The notes beneath the pieces were generated by a model. The model was given only the letters and a program-made list of their open reading frames with translations. It was not told the origin of the DNA and did not search any database. A DNA stretch of 64,000 nucleotides from Dehalococcoidia bacterium (GTDB lineage Bacteria > Chloroflexota > Dehalococcoidia > SM23-28-2 > RBG-16-64-32): NCBI GenBank assembly GCA_963665775.2, contig CAXXTF010000002.1:1107231-1171230 (forward strand), given 5' to 3'. Positions within the stretch are counted from its first letter, which is position 1, and the number at the start of each line of letters is the position of its first letter. Both the position numbers and the translations under genes were made by a program. Shown here piece by piece: positions 45,324 to 55,344 of this stretch.

Positions 45324-45792
45324 ACTTGCTCTCGAGCGCCTTGAGCACGTTCGCCGGCACCAGCTCCCCTACATCGTAGCCGAGACCAGTCACCTCGCGG
45401 ATGCGATGCCCGCTCACGTAGAGGTGCTCCAGGCTCGCGATAAAGTATATCGACTCGATCTCCGGCGCCATCTTCTTGTTCATCAGCGCCATATCCAGCT
45501 CTGTATCCAAGTCAAAAACCCCTCGAATCCCCCGCACCAACACCTTCGCCTGCTCCTTGCGGGCGAAATCCACCACCAGCCCGGAGAATGGCTTGACCTC
45601 GACACGATCCAAGTGACGCACCGCACCCTGAAAGAGCTTGACGCGCTCCTCGAGGGGAAAAAGAGGTCCGCCGGTCGCCACGTCGTACACCGCCACGACC
45701 ACCCGATCGAACAGGGTCGCCGCCCGCTGCACGATGTCCACATGGCCATTGGTAACCGGGTCGAACCTGCCCGGATACACGGCTGTTACCAA
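45307..45792 (-). CDS. coaD: phosphopantetheine adenylyltransferase
   Basis: AVYPGRFDPVTNGHVDIVQRA (HxGH motif), 161 aa. Confidence 0.9.
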   Translation of the reverse strand: MVTAVYPGRFDPVTNGHVDIVQRAATLFDRVVVAVYDVATGGPLFPLEERVKLFQGAVRHLDRVEVKPFSGLVVDFARKEQAKVLVRGIRGVFDLDTELDMALMNKKMAPEIESIYFIASLEHLYVSGHRIREVTGLGYDVGELVPANVLKALESKFGGTR

Positions 45793-45803
45793 GACAACAC
45801 CTC

Positions 45804-46352
45804 CTACCGGTAAATCGACACCATGCTATCGCCGTGCCTTCGTACGCTAGCCAGAGACAGCCGCCCTAGCTGAGCCGGCGGCTCCCCCCGCGCCCTGCTT
45901 TCGAACACGAGAACCGAACTCCCCGCCTCCACGAGCGGCGGTTCCGCCAACCGCTCCAACACTGAAAGAGCCATCGTGTCCGCGTAGGGCGGGTCCGCCA
46001 GCACCAGGGTATACACCCCCCCTAACCTCTCCACAGCCCGCTCCACAGGCAGGCGATGCACTCGCGCCTGCTCCTCGAAACCGGTGATGCGCAGGTTCTC
46101 CCTGATGACGACACAAGCCACGACCTCCCGCTCCACGAAGTCACACCACTCGGCCCCTCGGCTGAGGGCCTCGATCCCCAGGGCGCCGCTGCCGGCGTAC
46201 AGGTCCAGCACGCGCGTCATGTCCGCGCCCATGGCAGTCAGAGCCGAGAACACGGCCTCCCGCAGCCGATCGGTGCTGGGACGCGTTATCTGGGAGCGCC
46301 CCCGCGGGCCTTTCAGCCGATGCCCCTTCGCCCTGCCGGCGATGACCCTCAT
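45804..46352 (-). CDS. rsmD: 16S rRNA (guanine966-N2)-methyltransferase
   Basis: MRVIAGRAKGHRLKGP...TRPSTDRLREAVFSAL, VLDLYAGSGALGIEALSRGA and the DPPY motif (LADPPY). The listed ORF starts 30 nt further upstream. Confidence 0.85.
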   Translation of the reverse strand: MRVIAGRAKGHRLKGPRGRSQITRPSTDRLREAVFSALTAMGADMTRVLDLYAGSGALGIEALSRGAEWCDFVEREVVACVVIRENLRITGFEEQARVHRLPVERAVERLGGVYTLVLADPPYADTMALSVLERLAEPPLVEAGSSVLVFESRARGEPPAQLGRLSLASVRRHGDSMVSIYR

Positions 46353-46360
46353 CTCTGCTC

Positions 46361-48487
46361 CTACTGAGTAGGCTCCGAACATGCTTCATCGGCGGGCGGC
46401 CCTACGTTTCCGGAACTATTCACCGCCGTTACCACGTAGCAGTACGTTGTCCCAGGCTCCAAGTCTGAGTTCGTGTACAGCGTTAGTCCCACGGGCACGC
46501 TGGCCACGAAGGGGTACAGCCCTCCTGAGGCCGTACCGCGCCAGATGTTGTAGTGATCAACATCCTGACCCAGGATGGGGTTCCAGACCAGTGTGATCTT
46601 GCCGCTGGCCCCCCCGGGAATGGCCTCCAACCCGGTCACCTGGTCCGGCGGCGTACCGCCCGGCGTGGCGGTCGGTGTCGGCGTCGGAGACGGCGAAGCC
46701 CCAGGCGTGGGGGATGCCGTGGCTGTCGGCGCGGGCGTCGGCGTACCCGTCGGCGTGGGCGTGGGCGTACCGGTCGGTGTTGGTGTCGCTGTGGACGTTG
46801 GCGTCGGCGTTAGTGTCGGTCCCGGATTCACCTTTACCGTAATCTCTTGGCCGAACCGATTCTCACCATCGCTTACGGCGAGCACTATCACGTACTCCCC
46901 CTCCTCAGCGGGAGCGATCCAGGTGGACGTCGTGCCTGCCTCCGGCTCCAGGTCACCCCCGTCCGGCGCCTGCCAGCGGGGCAACAGGGCATCGTCGTTG
47001 GGACGCACCAGGGACACGGCAGCGGCCTCCACCAGATCGTTCACAGCGGGCCAGATGTTCGCCACATCTGACTGGGCAGAAGCATCGGACACCGCCAGGC
47101 CAGCCAATCCATGCGCCTGAACCATCTCCAGCTTGAAACCCACGCTGAAGCTATTCGCCAGGAAGATCGTCCTGCTCTGAGCGCCGCCGAAGGTGAACGT
47201 CACCGCCGCCGCGTCGTCGCTCCAGTGCAGCATAGTCCTTCCCTCACCGTTTACGAGATTAACCGCGACCAGCTCCACCGACACGCCCGGCAGTATCTGC
47301 CCCGGGTCCCCTGGCTCTCGCACCGCCACTTCCGACGCCAGCAGCATCGCCTGTCGATAGCCGATAAACCGCGTGACAGACCCCACACGTTCCACGCTGA
47401 GCGGGCTGACCACCAACATGACCTTCCCGGGGTCTACATCTTCCACGATCTGGCTGAGGGCATCGGGCATCGTCGCCCAATACTCCAGCGGGTCGGCGAT
47501 GGGCAACAGCTTGATCGTGTCCGCCACTTCCCCCAGCACCGGCCAATTGTAGGCCTGCGGCTCTCCCCTGGGAGGCGGCAGCGAGAGGCTGAGGCGCATC
47601 CCATTCTGGCGAAGCGCGACTCCCAGGCCCGTCACGAACTCCGTGAACGCCTCTTGAAGCGACGGGTCTACAGACGAGTACTCCAGGTCGATACCATCGA
47701 ACCCGCCCTCCTCAGCCAGCGCGGCGATCGCCTGAATGTGATCCGCGCGTAGCAACTCGTCGGCGAGTATGGCATCGACTATGGCCCGCGCCCCCTCGTC
47801 GCCTCCCACAATGGTCGGTATCAGGAGGACACTTGAGCCTCCCTGAATCTGGGTCGGCGTCCCCAGCACGGAACCATCTGCCGCCGGCGCGTAGTCCCGC
47901 GGGCTCACGATGTCCACCACTGCTTCCGGATGCAAGCTCCCGCCTGCCGGGAGCGATCCCGCTACATCGTATAGCTTGGCCGCCACCCTTAGAATCGCGA
48001 GATTGGAGGGCACGGACGAGAACTCTGCCGCACCCCGCGCGCCGTCGTCCACAAGATTAACGTCCGCAACCCTTTCCCAGCGCGTATCCAGGAACGTGTA
48101 GAACCCCAACGTGGCAGCGTCGGTAATCCCGCTCTGCAGCGGTAGTTCAATAACGACAGCCAGCTCCTCCACCGATTCGAACTCCACGAATTTGCTGGCC
48201 ACCTTCAGGCCAGGCGGCAATGGCGGCGGATCCACGATCCTCCCTTCGATCCCCGCAGGTAGGGAGGGCAGGCCCGATCCGCCACCGTTATCATCCAATA
48301 CGGATGAAAAGACCAAAACCAGGGCGATCACAACTGCCACGAAGGCGACGGTTCCGCCGATGATGAGGGGAGCCGGATCACGCTCCGGCCTCCGTCTCAA
48401 CGCGCGGTCAAAGGGACCCTCGGACCTCGGCGGATCGCGCCGCGGCCGCCGCTCCGGTGGCAAATCAGGGGACGGTCTTTCTGACAT
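46361..48487 (-). CDS. membrane-anchored multidomain protein: GH18-like TIM-barrel region, Pro/Thr linker, C-terminal fibronectin type III domain
   Basis: N-terminal TM (LIIGGTVAFVAVVIALVLVF). FDGIDLEY resembles the GH18 DGxDxDxE region but is incomplete. A TPTPT-rich linker and an FN3-like end (ITLVWNP...YNIWRG...YCYVVTAVNSSGN) follow. Confidence 0.45.
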   Translation of the reverse strand: MSERPSPDLPPERRPRRDPPRSEGPFDRALRRRPERDPAPLIIGGTVAFVAVVIALVLVFSSVLDDNGGGSGLPSLPAGIEGRIVDPPPLPPGLKVASKFVEFESVEELAVVIELPLQSGITDAATLGFYTFLDTRWERVADVNLVDDGARGAAEFSSVPSNLAILRVAAKLYDVAGSLPAGGSLHPEAVVDIVSPRDYAPAADGSVLGTPTQIQGGSSVLLIPTIVGGDEGARAIVDAILADELLRADHIQAIAALAEEGGFDGIDLEYSSVDPSLQEAFTEFVTGLGVALRQNGMRLSLSLPPPRGEPQAYNWPVLGEVADTIKLLPIADPLEYWATMPDALSQIVEDVDPGKVMLVVSPLSVERVGSVTRFIGYRQAMLLASEVAVREPGDPGQILPGVSVELVAVNLVNGEGRTMLHWSDDAAAVTFTFGGAQSRTIFLANSFSVGFKLEMVQAHGLAGLAVSDASAQSDVANIWPAVNDLVEAAAVSLVRPNDDALLPRWQAPDGGDLEPEAGTTSTWIAPAEEGEYVIVLAVSDGENRFGQEITVKVNPGPTLTPTPTSTATPTPTGTPTPTPTGTPTPAPTATASPTPGASPSPTPTPTATPGGTPPDQVTGLEAIPGGASGKITLVWNPILGQDVDHYNIWRGTASGGLYPFVASVPVGLTLYTNSDLEPGTTYCYVVTAVNSSGNVGPPADEACSEPTQ

Positions 48488-48600
48488 TACTTACGGGGCT
48501 CGTTACCTAAGTTTATGGAACATTCGATGACGGCGCCTGGCGGTCAGGCGGATTGTAACACAGCCCCTTCCTTCATAAAACATATAGGGACTTGCCGTGC

Positions 48601-48629
48601 TTTACAAGCCAGTGACCGAGGGTTAAAAT
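48601..48629 (+). promoter_or_regulatory. candidate sigma-70-type promoter of greA
   Basis: TTTACA (48601..48606), a 17-nt spacer, then TAAAAT (48624..48629), about 90 nt upstream of the greA ATG. Confidence 0.4.
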
Positions 48630-48717
48630 AGCGGGCAGAAGGTAACCGTAGTATCTGGCTGAGGGCCTAGCCCCCAGTCTCTTTTTTACCAGCGACCACG
48701 AGGAGTGTTAGGTAGCC

Positions 48718-49185
48718 ATGCCAGCCAAGGCAGTTCCCCTGACCAAAGAGGGCCTCGCCAAGCTCAAAGAGGAGCTGGAGAATCTCCTGACGGTGGGTCG
48801 TGCCGAGGTCGCCCAGCGTATCCATGACGCCAAGGAGATGGTGGGTGCGCAGAACTCCCCTGAATACGAGGACTCCCGCAACGCGCAGGCCTTCGTTGAG
48901 GGACGGATTCTCACGCTGGAGAACAGCATCCAGAACGCCGTCCTCATCGAGGAAGCCCACGACCACCAGCGCGTCAGCCTGGGCGCTACCGTCACCGTCA
49001 TCAATCACAAGGGCGAAAAGGAGCACTACACCATCGTGGGCTCCGCGGAGGCCGACCCCAAAGCCGGCCGCATCAGCAACGAGTCCCCCGTTGGGCTGGC
49101 CCTCCTGGGCAAGGGAGTGGGCGACGAGGTTGAGGTCAAGGCACCCGCCGGCCTCCTCCACTGGGCCCTCGTCGAGATCACCTAA
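48718..49185 (+). CDS. greA: transcription elongation factor GreA
   Basis: LTKEGLAKLKEELENL...EYEDSRNAQAFVEGRI coiled-coil, plus a C-terminal FKBP-like domain (ISNESPVGLALLGKGVGDEVEV). Confidence 0.9.
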   Translation: MPAKAVPLTKEGLAKLKEELENLLTVGRAEVAQRIHDAKEMVGAQNSPEYEDSRNAQAFVEGRILTLENSIQNAVLIEEAHDHQRVSLGATVTVINHKGEKEHYTIVGSAEADPKAGRISNESPVGLALLGKGVGDEVEVKAPAGLLHWALVEIT

Positions 49186-49430
49186 CGCCCGCAATCATCG
49201 GCGCCACGCGGGCCCACCTCCAGTGACCGGCTGCTCCCACTTTGCCCCCTCCGCCCGACCGAGGAATCAGCTTTCCCGGCCCCTAACCTGGCGAACGACC
49301 CCAACGACAGGTAAAATCAGGCAGGGCATGAAATCACCGTCCGTCTGGGGCATAAGGGCTGTAGGCCCGCCCGAGATTCGGTCAGTCCCGGTCGACCTTC
49401 AGACGACGCGACGAGGACACAGCTAAAGCG

Positions 49431-50900
49431 ATGAGCGAAGACGAATTTATCGCCCTCCGCAGGACGAAGCTGGAGCGCATCCGCTCCCGCGGCGCTGACC
49501 CCTATCCCACCCGCTTTCATCGCACCCACACCGCGCAGGAAGCCACCGGTCTGCTCCAGGACGATTCCACCCCTGAGGACACCGTTGTCGTGGCCGGTCG
49601 CATCACGGCCATGCGCCAGATGGGTAAGGCCACCTTCCTGGACCTGCGCGACGGCTCCGGCCGCATTCAGGCCTATCTCAAGCAGGAGACCCTGGGCCCT
49701 CAGACCTACGACACCCTCCGCGACATCGACCTCGGGGACATCCTGGGCGTTAGCGGCACCCTCTTCCGCACCCGCACTGGCGAGCCCACCGTCCAGGTCC
49801 ACAGCCTCACCCTTCTGGCGAAGGCCCTGCGACTGCCGCCCGAAAAGTGGCACGGCCTCCAAGATGTGGAGGTCCGTTACCGCCAGCGCTATCTGGACCT
49901 GATGGCCAATCCCTCCGTCCGCGACACCTTCGTCAACCGCTCCCGTATCATCTCCGCTATCCGCCGCTTCCTGGACAGCCGCGGCTTTCTCGAGGTCGAG
50001 ACGCCCGTCCTCCAGGCCACCGCCGGGGGCGCCGCCGCGCGACCCTTCGTCACCCACCACAACACCCTGGACCGGGACTTTTACCTGCGCGTCGCCCTGG
50101 AGCTCCATCTCAAGCGACTCATCGTCGGCGGCTTCGACAAGGTGTACGAGATCGGCCGTATCTTCCGCAACGAGGGCGTCTCCACCCGCTACAACCCTGA
50201 GTTCACGATGCTGGAGAGCTACCAGGCCTACGCCGACTATACGGACGTGATGGAGATGGTGGAGGAGATGATCTCCGGGGTGGCACAGGAAGTCGTGGGC
50301 GGCACCCGCGTCCCCTGGGGCGATACCAGCATCGACCTGACGCCGCCCTGGCCCCGCATCCCGCTCCGCGATGCCATCCGCCAGCACAGCGGCGTCGACT
50401 TTGAGGCCCACCCCGACACGGAGTCGATGCGTGAGGCCGTCGCCGGCTGCGGCATCCCCGTCGACGAGAGCTGGGGTCGCGGCAAGCTCATCGACGAGCT
50501 CATGTCCGCCAAAGTCCAGCCCAACCTGGTCCAGCCCACTTACCTTACGGACTACCCCGTCGAACTGTCGCCCCTGGCCAAGCGGAAGCCCGACAACCCC
50601 CCTCTGGTCGAGCGGTTCGAGCTGTTCATCGCCGGCATGGAGGTGGGCAACGCTTACACCGAGCTCAACGATCCGATCGACCAGCGACAGCGCCTCCTGG
50701 AGCAGGCCCGCCTGCGCGCGGCAGGGGACGAGGAGGCCGAGATCGCGGACGAGGACTTCCTCATCGCCCTGGAGCACGGCATGCCCCCCACCGCCGGCCT
50801 CGGCCTCGGCATCGACCGGCTGGTCATGGTCCTCACCGGCAACACCTCCATCCGCGAGGTGATCCTCTTCCCCGCCCTGCGCGAGAGGGGCCAGCAGTGA
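49431..50900 (+). CDS. lysS: lysine--tRNA ligase (class II)
   Basis: OB-fold N-domain (VVVAGRI...MGKATFLDLRDGSGRIQ) and class II motifs (FLEVETPVL, YEIGRIFRNEG, GLGLGIDRLVM). Confidence 0.95.
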   Translation: MSEDEFIALRRTKLERIRSRGADPYPTRFHRTHTAQEATGLLQDDSTPEDTVVVAGRITAMRQMGKATFLDLRDGSGRIQAYLKQETLGPQTYDTLRDIDLGDILGVSGTLFRTRTGEPTVQVHSLTLLAKALRLPPEKWHGLQDVEVRYRQRYLDLMANPSVRDTFVNRSRIISAIRRFLDSRGFLEVETPVLQATAGGAAARPFVTHHNTLDRDFYLRVALELHLKRLIVGGFDKVYEIGRIFRNEGVSTRYNPEFTMLESYQAYADYTDVMEMVEEMISGVAQEVVGGTRVPWGDTSIDLTPPWPRIPLRDAIRQHSGVDFEAHPDTESMREAVAGCGIPVDESWGRGKLIDELMSAKVQPNLVQPTYLTDYPVELSPLAKRKPDNPPLVERFELFIAGMEVGNAYTELNDPIDQRQRLLEQARLRAAGDEEAEIADEDFLIALEHGMPPTAGLGLGIDRLVMVLTGNTSIREVILFPALRERGQQ

Positions 50901-51592
50901 ACACTCATCGCACGTTCCGCGCCGTCATCTTCGACATGGACGGCGTGCTATGGGACGGCGAGCCCCTCTACCACGAGGCGTTCAACATCGTCCTCGCCCC
51001 CTACGGCCATCGCCTGAGCCAGGACGACTACATGCGGATCATCGGCCATTCCGTGGAGTGGAGCTGGGACTGGGTGCACGACCGCTTTGCTCTACCGGAC
51101 CCGCCGGAACGGTTCTTCCAGGCTTACGATGAGGCCGTCCTCCGGCTCCTACAGCGACCCGCGGAGCCCCTCCCCGGCACCCGTCCCCTCATCGACGAGC
51201 TGCGCCGCCGCGGCGTCCCCATCGCCGTCGCCTCCGCCTCCCTCCGACCGTGGGTGGACACCGCGTTGCGCGGACTCGGCCTCGACGACGCCTTCGGTGC
51301 TACCGTCTCCGCGAGCGAGGTGACCGAGTCCAAGCCGGCTCCCCATCTTTTCCTGGCCGCCGCCCGGCGTCTGGGCATCCCGCCGGACCGCTGCCTGGCC
51401 GTGGAGGACACCGCCGCCGGCATCGCCGCCGCCAAAGCAGCCGGCATGTTCGCCGTCCAGCTCCGCGCCGCCTCCACCGCCCTGCCCCCCCTTCCCGAGG
51501 CGGACCTGGTGCTGGACTCTCTGACGCAGTTCGACCTCTCACTTCTGGAGGCTTCCGCCTTCGAGGCGCAAGAGGAAGGGAGACCGCGCTGA
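50897..51592 (+). CDS. HAD-superfamily hydrolase (beta-phosphoglucomutase/phosphatase-like, subfamily IA)
   Basis: DxDGV motif (VIFDMDGVLWDG), S/T motif (VASAS) and a distal EDTAAGIAAAKAAGM. Confidence 0.75.
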   Translation: MNTHRTFRAVIFDMDGVLWDGEPLYHEAFNIVLAPYGHRLSQDDYMRIIGHSVEWSWDWVHDRFALPDPPERFFQAYDEAVLRLLQRPAEPLPGTRPLIDELRRRGVPIAVASASLRPWVDTALRGLGLDDAFGATVSASEVTESKPAPHLFLAAARRLGIPPDRCLAVEDTAAGIAAAKAAGMFAVQLRAASTALPPLPEADLVLDSLTQFDLSLLEASAFEAQEEGRPR

Positions 51593-52086
51593 GGCGTCAC
51601 TTCACCGCCACCGGCTTCGTAGTGCAGGGGGATTGCACTATCCTGCACTGGCACAAACGGCTCCAGCAATGGATGCCCCCAGGCGGCCACATCGAGCCGG
51701 ACGAAGACCCCGTTGCCGCCGTCCTCCGAGAGATCCGCGAGGAGACGGGCGTGACGGCCGAGGTCATCCCCTCTGCCCCCGTCCTCCCTTTCGCCCAGCC
51801 CGGCCAGGTGCAGCCGCCGTACACGATCCTCCTGGAGGACATCCCCGAGCCCGACGAGCCCCACCAGCACATCGACTTCATCTACTTCTGCCGCCCCCTG
51901 GATGGTGCGCCCACCGATCCTTCCCCGGACCCTACCCTCCTCTGGGTGGAGGAAGGGACGCTGCGCGCCAACCGACCCCTGAACGTGGCCGGCCGCGACC
52001 TCTCAGTGCCCATCGCCACGGACGTCCGGCTCCTCGCCCTCATCGCCATCGACACCGCCCGCCAGAGCCCGGATTCTAGGCCATAG
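51589..52086 (+). CDS. NUDIX hydrolase; start codon uncertain (probable CTG at 51589)
   Basis: Nudix fold begins at HFTATGFVV and the Nudix box is GGHIEPDEDPVAAVLREIREETGV. There is no ATG/GTG/TTG within about 200 nt upstream in frame. A CTG lies 6 nt after GGAAGGGAG and overlaps the HAD stop (CTGA). Confidence 0.6.
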   Translation: MRRHFTATGFVVQGDCTILHWHKRLQQWMPPGGHIEPDEDPVAAVLREIREETGVTAEVIPSAPVLPFAQPGQVQPPYTILLEDIPEPDEPHQHIDFIYFCRPLDGAPTDPSPDPTLLWVEEGTLRANRPLNVAGRDLSVPIATDVRLLALIAIDTARQSPDSRP

Positions 52087-52095
52087 GTTCTGCCA

Positions 52096-53400
52096 ATGCT
52101 TAGCCTACCCTTGATCCGTGAGGAGCCAGAGGGGGTCCGCCGCGCCCTTGCCCGCCGCGGCGCCGAGGCCCCCCTGGACGACGTCCTCGCCCTCGACACC
52201 GACTGGCGCCGCGCCCTCCAGGAGGTCGAATCCCTCCGCGCCGAGCGTAATGACATATCGAAGGAGATCGGCGAACTGGCCCGCCTGGCCAGGACCGCCG
52301 AGACCAAGGAGGCCAAGCACGCCGAGCACCGCCGCAGCGACCTGGTCGCCCGCTCCGCCTTCCTCGGCGAACGGCTGGAGGGCCTGGAAGGGCAGTTTCG
52401 GGAGATAGAGGGCCGCCTGCACCAGCTCCTGCTGGAGATCCCCAACCTCCCCGCGGATAACGTCCCCGACGGGCCAGACGAATCGGCCAACGTCATCGTC
52501 CGCACGGAGGGCCAGCCCGCCGAAACCACGTTCCATAAGCCCCACTGGGAGCTTGGCGAGGCCCTGGACATCATCGATTTCCAACGCGGCAGCAAGCTCT
52601 CCGGCAGCCGCTTCTTCATCCTCAAGGGCCTGGGCTCCCGCCTGGGGCGTACCCTCACCCAGTGGATGCTGGACTTCCACCTGGACCGTGGCTACACGGA
52701 GATCTCTCCCCCGGCCATGCTCAAGGAAGAGAACATGTGGGCCGGCGGCTGGCTCCCCAAGTTCGCCGACAACATGTACCACGACGCCGAGGAGGACTAC
52801 TGGTTCGTCCCCACCGCCGAGGTGGCCCTCACCAACCTCCACCGCGACGAGATTCTCGAGCCCCAGACCATCCCCTTGAACTACGTCGCCTACACCCCCT
52901 GTTTCCGCCGCGAGAAGATGTCCGCCGGCCGCGACGTCCGCGGCATCAAGCGCGTCCATCAGTTCGACAAGGTAGAGCTGTACCGGCTCGTCGAGCCGGA
53001 AAGGTCGGAGGCGGCGCTGGAGGCGCTGGTGGAGGACGCCGAGGCGATCTGCCGCACCCTGGCCATCCCTCATCGCGTACTCCAGCTTTGCAGCGGCGAT
53101 CTGGGCTTCAACGCGGCCAAGAGCTATGACATCGAGATGTGGGCGCCCGGCTGCGGCGAGTGGCTGGAGGTCTCCTCCTGCTCCAACTGCACCGACTTCC
53201 AGGCCCGCCGCGCCAACATCCGCTTCCGCCGCCAGAAGGGCGCCCGCCCGGAGCATCCCCATACGCTCAACGGCTCCGGCCTGGCCCTCCCCCGCACCCT
53301 CATCGCCGTCCTGGAGAACTACCAGCAGCCGGACGGCTCCGTGACGGTACCGGAGGTGCTTCGACCGTACATGGGCGGTATCGAGCGGATCGGCCCGTAA
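52096..53400 (+). CDS. serS: serine--tRNA ligase
   Basis: N-terminal coiled-coil arm and class II motifs (FRREKMSAGRDVRGIKRVHQFDKVE, GSGLALPRTLIAVLENYQ). Confidence 0.95.
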   Translation: MLSLPLIREEPEGVRRALARRGAEAPLDDVLALDTDWRRALQEVESLRAERNDISKEIGELARLARTAETKEAKHAEHRRSDLVARSAFLGERLEGLEGQFREIEGRLHQLLLEIPNLPADNVPDGPDESANVIVRTEGQPAETTFHKPHWELGEALDIIDFQRGSKLSGSRFFILKGLGSRLGRTLTQWMLDFHLDRGYTEISPPAMLKEENMWAGGWLPKFADNMYHDAEEDYWFVPTAEVALTNLHRDEILEPQTIPLNYVAYTPCFRREKMSAGRDVRGIKRVHQFDKVELYRLVEPERSEAALEALVEDAEAICRTLAIPHRVLQLCSGDLGFNAAKSYDIEMWAPGCGEWLEVSSCSNCTDFQARRANIRFRRQKGARPEHPHTLNGSGLALPRTLIAVLENYQQPDGSVTVPEVLRPYMGGIERIGP

Positions 53401-53454
53401 CCAGCCCCAGCGATCAACGGACACCCTCCAGCAAGTGGTAAGATAGAGAGTGCC

Positions 53455-54570
53455 ATGCGCATCCTCGCCATAGACGTGGGCACCGGCACCCAGGACATCC
53501 TCCTGTTCGACTCCACGCAGCCGGTGGAGAACGCCCTCCAGATGATCATGCCCTCCCCCACGCAGATCGCCGCCGGCCGTATCCGGCGCGCCACCGGGGA
53601 GGGTCGCCCTGTCGTCCTCACCGGCATCATCGCCGGCGGCGGCCCCTGCCACTGGGCCCTGGAGGATCACCTGAAGGCGAAGCGCCCCGCCTACGCCACC
53701 GCCGAGGCCGCCGTCACTTTCGACGACGACCTGGAGGCCGTCGAGCGCATGGGCGTGACCCTCGTCTCCCAGGACGAAGTCGCCTCGCTGGACGCCGATC
53801 ACGTCGACCTGCGCGACCTGGATCTGCCCGCCATTCGCGCCGCCTTCGCCGCCTTCGATGTCGATACCCACTTCGATGGCCTGGCCCTGGCCTGCCTGGA
53901 CCACGGCGCGTCGCCCCCCGGCTACTCCGACCGTCTATTCCGCTTCGAGCACCTGCGCCGAGTGGTGGAGAGCCGCAACGACCTGCGCGCCTTCGCCTGC
54001 CTCCCCGATGAGCTTCCCGATTACCTCACTCGAGCCCGCGCCCTCGTCGCCGCCGCGGACGCCGACATCCCCACCGTCTTCCTGGACACCGGCCCGGCCG
54101 CCGCCTTAGGCGCCCTGCAGGACCCCCTCGTTGGCCAGGCGCCGGAGCAGCTCGTCCTCAACCTGGGCAACATGCACGCCCTGGCCTTTCATCTCCGCGG
54201 CACCCGTATCCACTCCCTCTACGAGCACCACACCGGCGAGCTCACGGCCCAGCAACTTGAGGACTTCAGCCAGCGCCTTATCACCGGCGACCTACCCCAC
54301 GAGGACGTCTTCAACTCCAAGGGCCACGGCGTCTACTATGTGGACCGCGACGGCGCCCGCAACCCCTTCGTCGCCGTCACCGGGCCACAGCGCGGCAAGC
54401 TCCGCGGCAGCTGCCTTGACCCCTACTTCGCCGTCCCCCACGGCGACATGATGGTCTCCGGCTGCTTCGGCCTCCTCTGGGCCTTCGCCGAGAAGCAGCC
54501 CCGGCAACGAGATGAGATCCTCACCGCCCTCGGCATCAGCGAGGTGCCGGCGGGGGAGTCAGTCGCGTAG
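53455..54570 (+). CDS. ASKHA (actin/sugar-kinase-like) fold protein, DUF1786-like
   Basis: The MRILAIDVGTGTQDILLFD phosphate-1-like N-terminus recalls DUF1786. The family name is from memory and is not verified. Confidence 0.4.
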   Translation: MRILAIDVGTGTQDILLFDSTQPVENALQMIMPSPTQIAAGRIRRATGEGRPVVLTGIIAGGGPCHWALEDHLKAKRPAYATAEAAVTFDDDLEAVERMGVTLVSQDEVASLDADHVDLRDLDLPAIRAAFAAFDVDTHFDGLALACLDHGASPPGYSDRLFRFEHLRRVVESRNDLRAFACLPDELPDYLTRARALVAAADADIPTVFLDTGPAAALGALQDPLVGQAPEQLVLNLGNMHALAFHLRGTRIHSLYEHHTGELTAQQLEDFSQRLITGDLPHEDVFNSKGHGVYYVDRDGARNPFVAVTGPQRGKLRGSCLDPYFAVPHGDMMVSGCFGLLWAFAEKQPRQRDEILTALGISEVPAGESVA

Positions 54571-54756
54571 CGCTCGCCCTGATCCTAGCAAAGTGTACCG
54601 CCAGGTCAGCCTAGACGGGATAGGAAAGCCCGCCTGCAATTCGAGTTCGATGAGGTGTAGGGGGGCACAGCTACAGCTGTTGTCTGGCCTAAAGTCCACC
54701 TTCCCAGCCTGACCCCCTTACAAAGCGAGGCCCAAGAGTAATAGCCAGGAGGATCA

Positions 54757-55344
54757 ATGATGGCGAACCTGAACCTGGACAAGAACCGGACTGCCGTGAT
54801 AGCAAGCGAGCTATCCAAGGGAAACTACGCCAACAATCAGATGGCTCAAGAGCGAAACCTCATTGGAAACGCCAGAAAGGTTATCGATGCCGCAAGGGCC
54901 GCCGGCATTCCCGTGATTCACGTGACGATCGGTTTCCGAGAAGGTTACCCCGAGATCAATGACCGTAACAAGCTGTTTCGCATGATCAAGGAGTCAGGTG
55001 GCCTCAAGGCCGGCAGCGAGCACGTGGCGTTCCACGACGACGTGAAGCCGGCCCCCGGTGAAGTGGTCGTCAGCCGCCCGCGAGTCAACCCGTTCTACAA
55101 CTCCGAGCTGGAGTCTATCCTCAAGGCCAGAGATATCGACACCGTGGCCGTTATGGGCATGCTGACCAATTTCAGCGTGGAGACAACCGTCCGCCACGCC
55201 GCCGATGCCGACTATCGGGTCATCCTTCTGGAGGACTGCTGCGCCAGCCAGCGGCGGGAGGACCACGACTGGACGATCGAGAACTTTCTCTCTCGTCTGG
55301 CCGACATCGCATCCTCGGACGATTTCGTCGAGAGCGTGCGCTAG
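54757..55344 (+). CDS. isochorismatase-family hydrolase
   Basis: IPVIHV..., then DTVAVMGMLTNFSVETTVRHAADADYRVILLED. A Ser sits where cysteine hydrolases of this family have the nucleophile Cys. Confidence 0.65.
   Translation: MMANLNLDKNRTAVIASELSKGNYANNQMAQERNLIGNARKVIDAARAAGIPVIHVTIGFREGYPEINDRNKLFRMIKESGGLKAGSEHVAFHDDVKPAPGEVVVSRPRVNPFYNSELESILKARDIDTVAVMGMLTNFSVETTVRHAADADYRVILLEDCCASQRREDHDWTIENFLSRLADIASSDDFVESVR

Noticed and set aside
44609-45379. 256-aa Pro/Ser/Ala-rich plus-strand ORF
   Set aside because: It lies antisense to the coiled-coil gene and extends over an intergenic region. Its extreme Pro/Ser/Arg composition is typical of an antisense frame in GC-rich DNA.
49186-49430. 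T-box or other riboswitch upstream of lysS (also considered for leuS and serS)
   Set aside because: I recognised no T-box sequence, no specifier-loop architecture and no terminator/antiterminator pair by eye. The serS and leuS leaders are too short.
49317-50777. 486-aa ORF opposite lysS
   Set aside because: It is antisense to a clear class II LysRS, has no recognisable domain and has GC-driven composition.
52105-53904. 599-aa ORF on the minus strand, opposite serS and the DUF1786-like gene
   Set aside because: Same reasoning. It spans two well-supported plus-strand genes and their intergenic gap, and has a monotonous G/A/V/L/D composition. It is a high-GC antisense artefact.
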